DNA of 64,000 bases. Source: Raillietiella orientalis (taxonomy: Eukaryota). The translations under genes were made by a program, and so were the position numbers. Positions 61,128 to 64,000 of this stretch are shown in pieces. How positions within the stretch are numbered: the stretch's first letter is position 1; each line of letters starts with the position of its first letter. A model generated the notes under the pieces. The model worked only from the letters and a program-made list of their open reading frames with translations, did not search any database and was not told the origin of the DNA. The stretch lies in NCBI GenBank assembly GCA_036172245.1, contig JAYWIR010000015.1, forward strand, positions 1,860,001-1,924,000, read 5' to 3'.

Positions 61128-63680
61128 GTAATCCCTTTTTTCTATTTCACAGTCGTCTCATCCTTTTCATCATAAAACACCGATTCCGAGTGAGAGTCTA
61201 AATTAGATTAGACACTTACAAACATCGTGGGTTAGAAAGCAAGTCTGATGAAAAAAAACATCTTCACCCCAATTCCTTTATGAACAACTCATCTTTATCC
61301 CCTGCTTTGAAAGCATTAATAAGGATTAACAAAACGCAGAGCTATTTCCACTTAGATTTATGGCTGTTATTAGTTATTTCCATAGCGATTGTAGCTGTGT
61401 TCGTTCTGTTTTTATAATCTTCGTGGATCAAGTCGGCTGCGCAAGAGGAATGGTCAGTAGGAATCGAGAGGACACTTTTCATCATCAACTAAAAATTCCA
61501 TCACGGTCCCTGTAACAACAGCGCTTGCCAAGTACAACTTGCGTGCAAGGCATCTGCAAAAGCACCGAGAAGTATTTTCGTTGTACAGTGTACTTTGCCG
61601 CAGATTGCAGGTGTCCCTCTCCGTGCATTCTCCAGTGTCCATCACTTCCGTTGCATGGAAGGACGAAGGTGGAGGATTCATCATATATGGTTGTCTCCTT
61701 GGTGCAAGCAGTTGCTGAGGATTCAGTGCAAATCTTCAGCAATTGCTTGCACCAACAGATACAACGGTGCAGCCCATACAATCCCCGATAGAACCGAGAA
61801 TTGTCTGCGCGGCCTGCAAGGCTCCCGCGCCACCTATTTGGTCGTGGCAAGGCGTGGCCAAGTCGGAGACTGGCGCTTATCTGCCCTCAAAAGCGCCAGC
61901 ATTGTCCCAGCGCTGATCCCACCGCTCTGCCGTTGTAGCCACTTTCTTCATGGACTCATGCGGAACTGATCGGTAAATTACTTTTCATCCATAGAGGGGC
62001 AGCACGAAATGCGTCAAGAATGTTCTGAGTGCTTGACGCCATTATGGATTGGCGGTTCGTGTTCGAACTGAATGCGTACGGGTATAAAACCCCAAGCTAA
62101 TCTAAAAGATGAGTACGTCGAACGAGCGTAGACAGAAGTGATAATTCTCACTCCCTCCAAAGAAAAAAGGGAAAAAAAAAAAAAAAAGACCATACTTTGA
62201 AAATGTTGGTGCATATTTATTTGGGTCGGTTCCAAGTTCAGGCGCCTGTCTGCCCATTTTATAGACTGGACCCTTCCAGATATGGGACAGATCTGGCTCA
62301 TTCACTGCCTTCGGGAAAAATACCCGTGGTATCTTCTTGAAGGCTCCGCCGATGCTTTCATTCCAATTCGTCGTGGCTGAGAATCGAACTCACGTACCCA
62401 GAATCCTTTCTTGCCCCGTTCGGCACGAGGCGGGGCAAGGAGCATGGAGTGTTTCGCGTCGGAGCGTCAGTTCGACAACGTTCAGCGCCCCTGGTGTCGT
62501 CGCCTCTCTGTAGACAACTGCCGCGACCTTATCAGCGACAGTGTGTTGGAATCACGAGGAAATCTTGCATAAAAGACTAATCAATCCTCATCCCATTTTT
62601 GCTGCGGTCCCTCTTCGTGGAAGAAAAACCGGGCTCATCCGCTTTAAACAGCCTGAGTCAGCAGAAACACCACGTACATTCTCCGTACACCAGAACGACT
62701 CGATAAGACAGCTTGCGTCCTGCTGCACCTCGTGGCGGTGCGAAGCGGACGAAAAAAAAACAAGCAAACCAAGAGAGGACTGCAGATCCGAGATGTTTCC
62801 TGAGAAAAGCTTGGATGCGTCAGGCGCATCCAGGCAGGAAGATGTCCTCCAGGGAAGGAGCGGAAAGCGGAGGAAATGAAGAAAATTCCGGCTCGCGCTG
62901 AGACCATGCACCTCTCTAACTGCGTTAATCCTCCCTGAATCAACTCTCTGGCGACCTTAATTTCTGGAGGAGGAACGGAGCAAGAAAATTGGCGTTCTCC
63001 GTCCTTTCGGCCAGTTGGTTTCCAAGGGACGCGGGCACGGGCGGGATTCGGAACGCACTCCTCGCGTAAGAGCAGGTTCCTGCTCACATCCTCGTGAATG
63101 CACGCAAAGATGATCACCTCCTAGCAGAGGAAAGTGGGTGGACGATGGGTCACACTCGCTGTTTCCGTTTCCTACCCATATCAAATCTCATCACAAAAAG
63201 CATTAAGAATTTCGCGTCAGGCAAACCACAGTTACAGTGCGACCGGACGAACCATCGACAAAGAATTCTGAGCCCGTGGGTCGTCGGCATGATCCCTACT
63301 AAAGGATTTTTGTGTTGCTAAAAAAGAGCCCAGCACTGCACTACTGGTTTTCAGCATCCTTTCGAGGGTAGCACGAGGACCGTCTTCGAGGTGAACCGAG
63401 CATGAGGAATGGAGCTTACTGGGTCCCCCAGGAAAGAGGACACAAAAGCACGGCTATGTTCAGGAAACAAATCAGCCTCTTCCTCTCCGTTTCCAAGGTG
63501 TGCACGAGACCGGGTCTTCCGGGTGCAGGAATCCTGAGCGAGTGAGAGAAAAAAAGAATCTTCGAGCAGATTGGACAACACACCTCTGTTCGGTGCCGTG
63601 TGCACGAGGATGGTTGAACACTTCTATGGGAAGCATGCGTGCAGCTGAAGACGAGCACAAGCCTTGAGCTCTGCCTGGAG

Positions 63681-63778
63681 AGATTCCAGTAGCTATGACT
63701 ACCAGACCTCTACCTTTCTTCGCGAAATCTTCATTGTACCTGACTTCAGTCTTGGTCCCGCTTAATCTTCGATATTGA
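63681..63778 (+). CDS. dpr/zig-8-like protein, putative last exon (GPI-signal-like tail)
   Basis: EIPVAMTTRPLPFFAKSSLYLTSVLVPLNLRY* fits the dpr post-Ig2 GE.P.AM motif and is in frame with the phase-1 exon 5, but needs a weak GAG acceptor. Confidence 0.55.
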
Positions 63779-64000
63779 TCCTCCGAACTTGAGGACGCGC
63801 GAAGAGCATCTTGGCAGCGACCTTCATCAAAACACCGATTAGCATCTGTCACGGGCTTGCTCAAGACCAGAGCTTTGCTGGAAGAAGTCTCTTTCAAAAA
63901 GGAGAGGAACCTTCCTGCTTTTGTTACTTTCCGACAGCCGCGTGCTACGCTCCGCAATCGCATTAGCATACCAAATTCAGTGCGTTACTATAGCAACCGA

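Noticed and set aside
61454..61850. Cys-rich frames as an EGF exon or a transposase C-terminal CxC domain
   Set aside because: On the strand opposite the gene, no EGF cysteine spacing, frameshifted; not assignable without a search.

Overview
Eukaryotic (animal, most likely arthropod) genomic DNA, not prokaryotic; most ORFs in the six-frame track are spurious or decayed transposon frames. The window holds three things. (1) One intact-looking host gene on + strand: a six-exon, two-Ig-domain dpr/zig-8-like cell-surface protein (CDS 40636-63778, 288 aa when spliced). (2) About 14 decayed copies of an L1/Tx1-type non-LTR retrotransposon group (APE endonuclease, RT, C-terminal CCHC), including a near-complete copy at 19797-27300 that carries three nested antisense inserts. 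These copies share a covarying 3'UTR hairpin and a terminal GCCCCGG-loop-CCGGGTG hairpin with little or no poly(A). (3) Six copies of an unusually long (~1.08 kb) tRNA-headed SINE-like non-coding element whose body is an array of covarying GGAG/CTCC-closed hairpins; two copies are full length with TSDs. The most interesting signal is the LINE/SINE interplay: two SINE copies 40 kb apart carry the same LINE subfamily inserted antisense at the same 13-bp site, and a SINE copy sits inside the LINE RT. All alignments and folds were done by eye; no database searches or folding programs were run.
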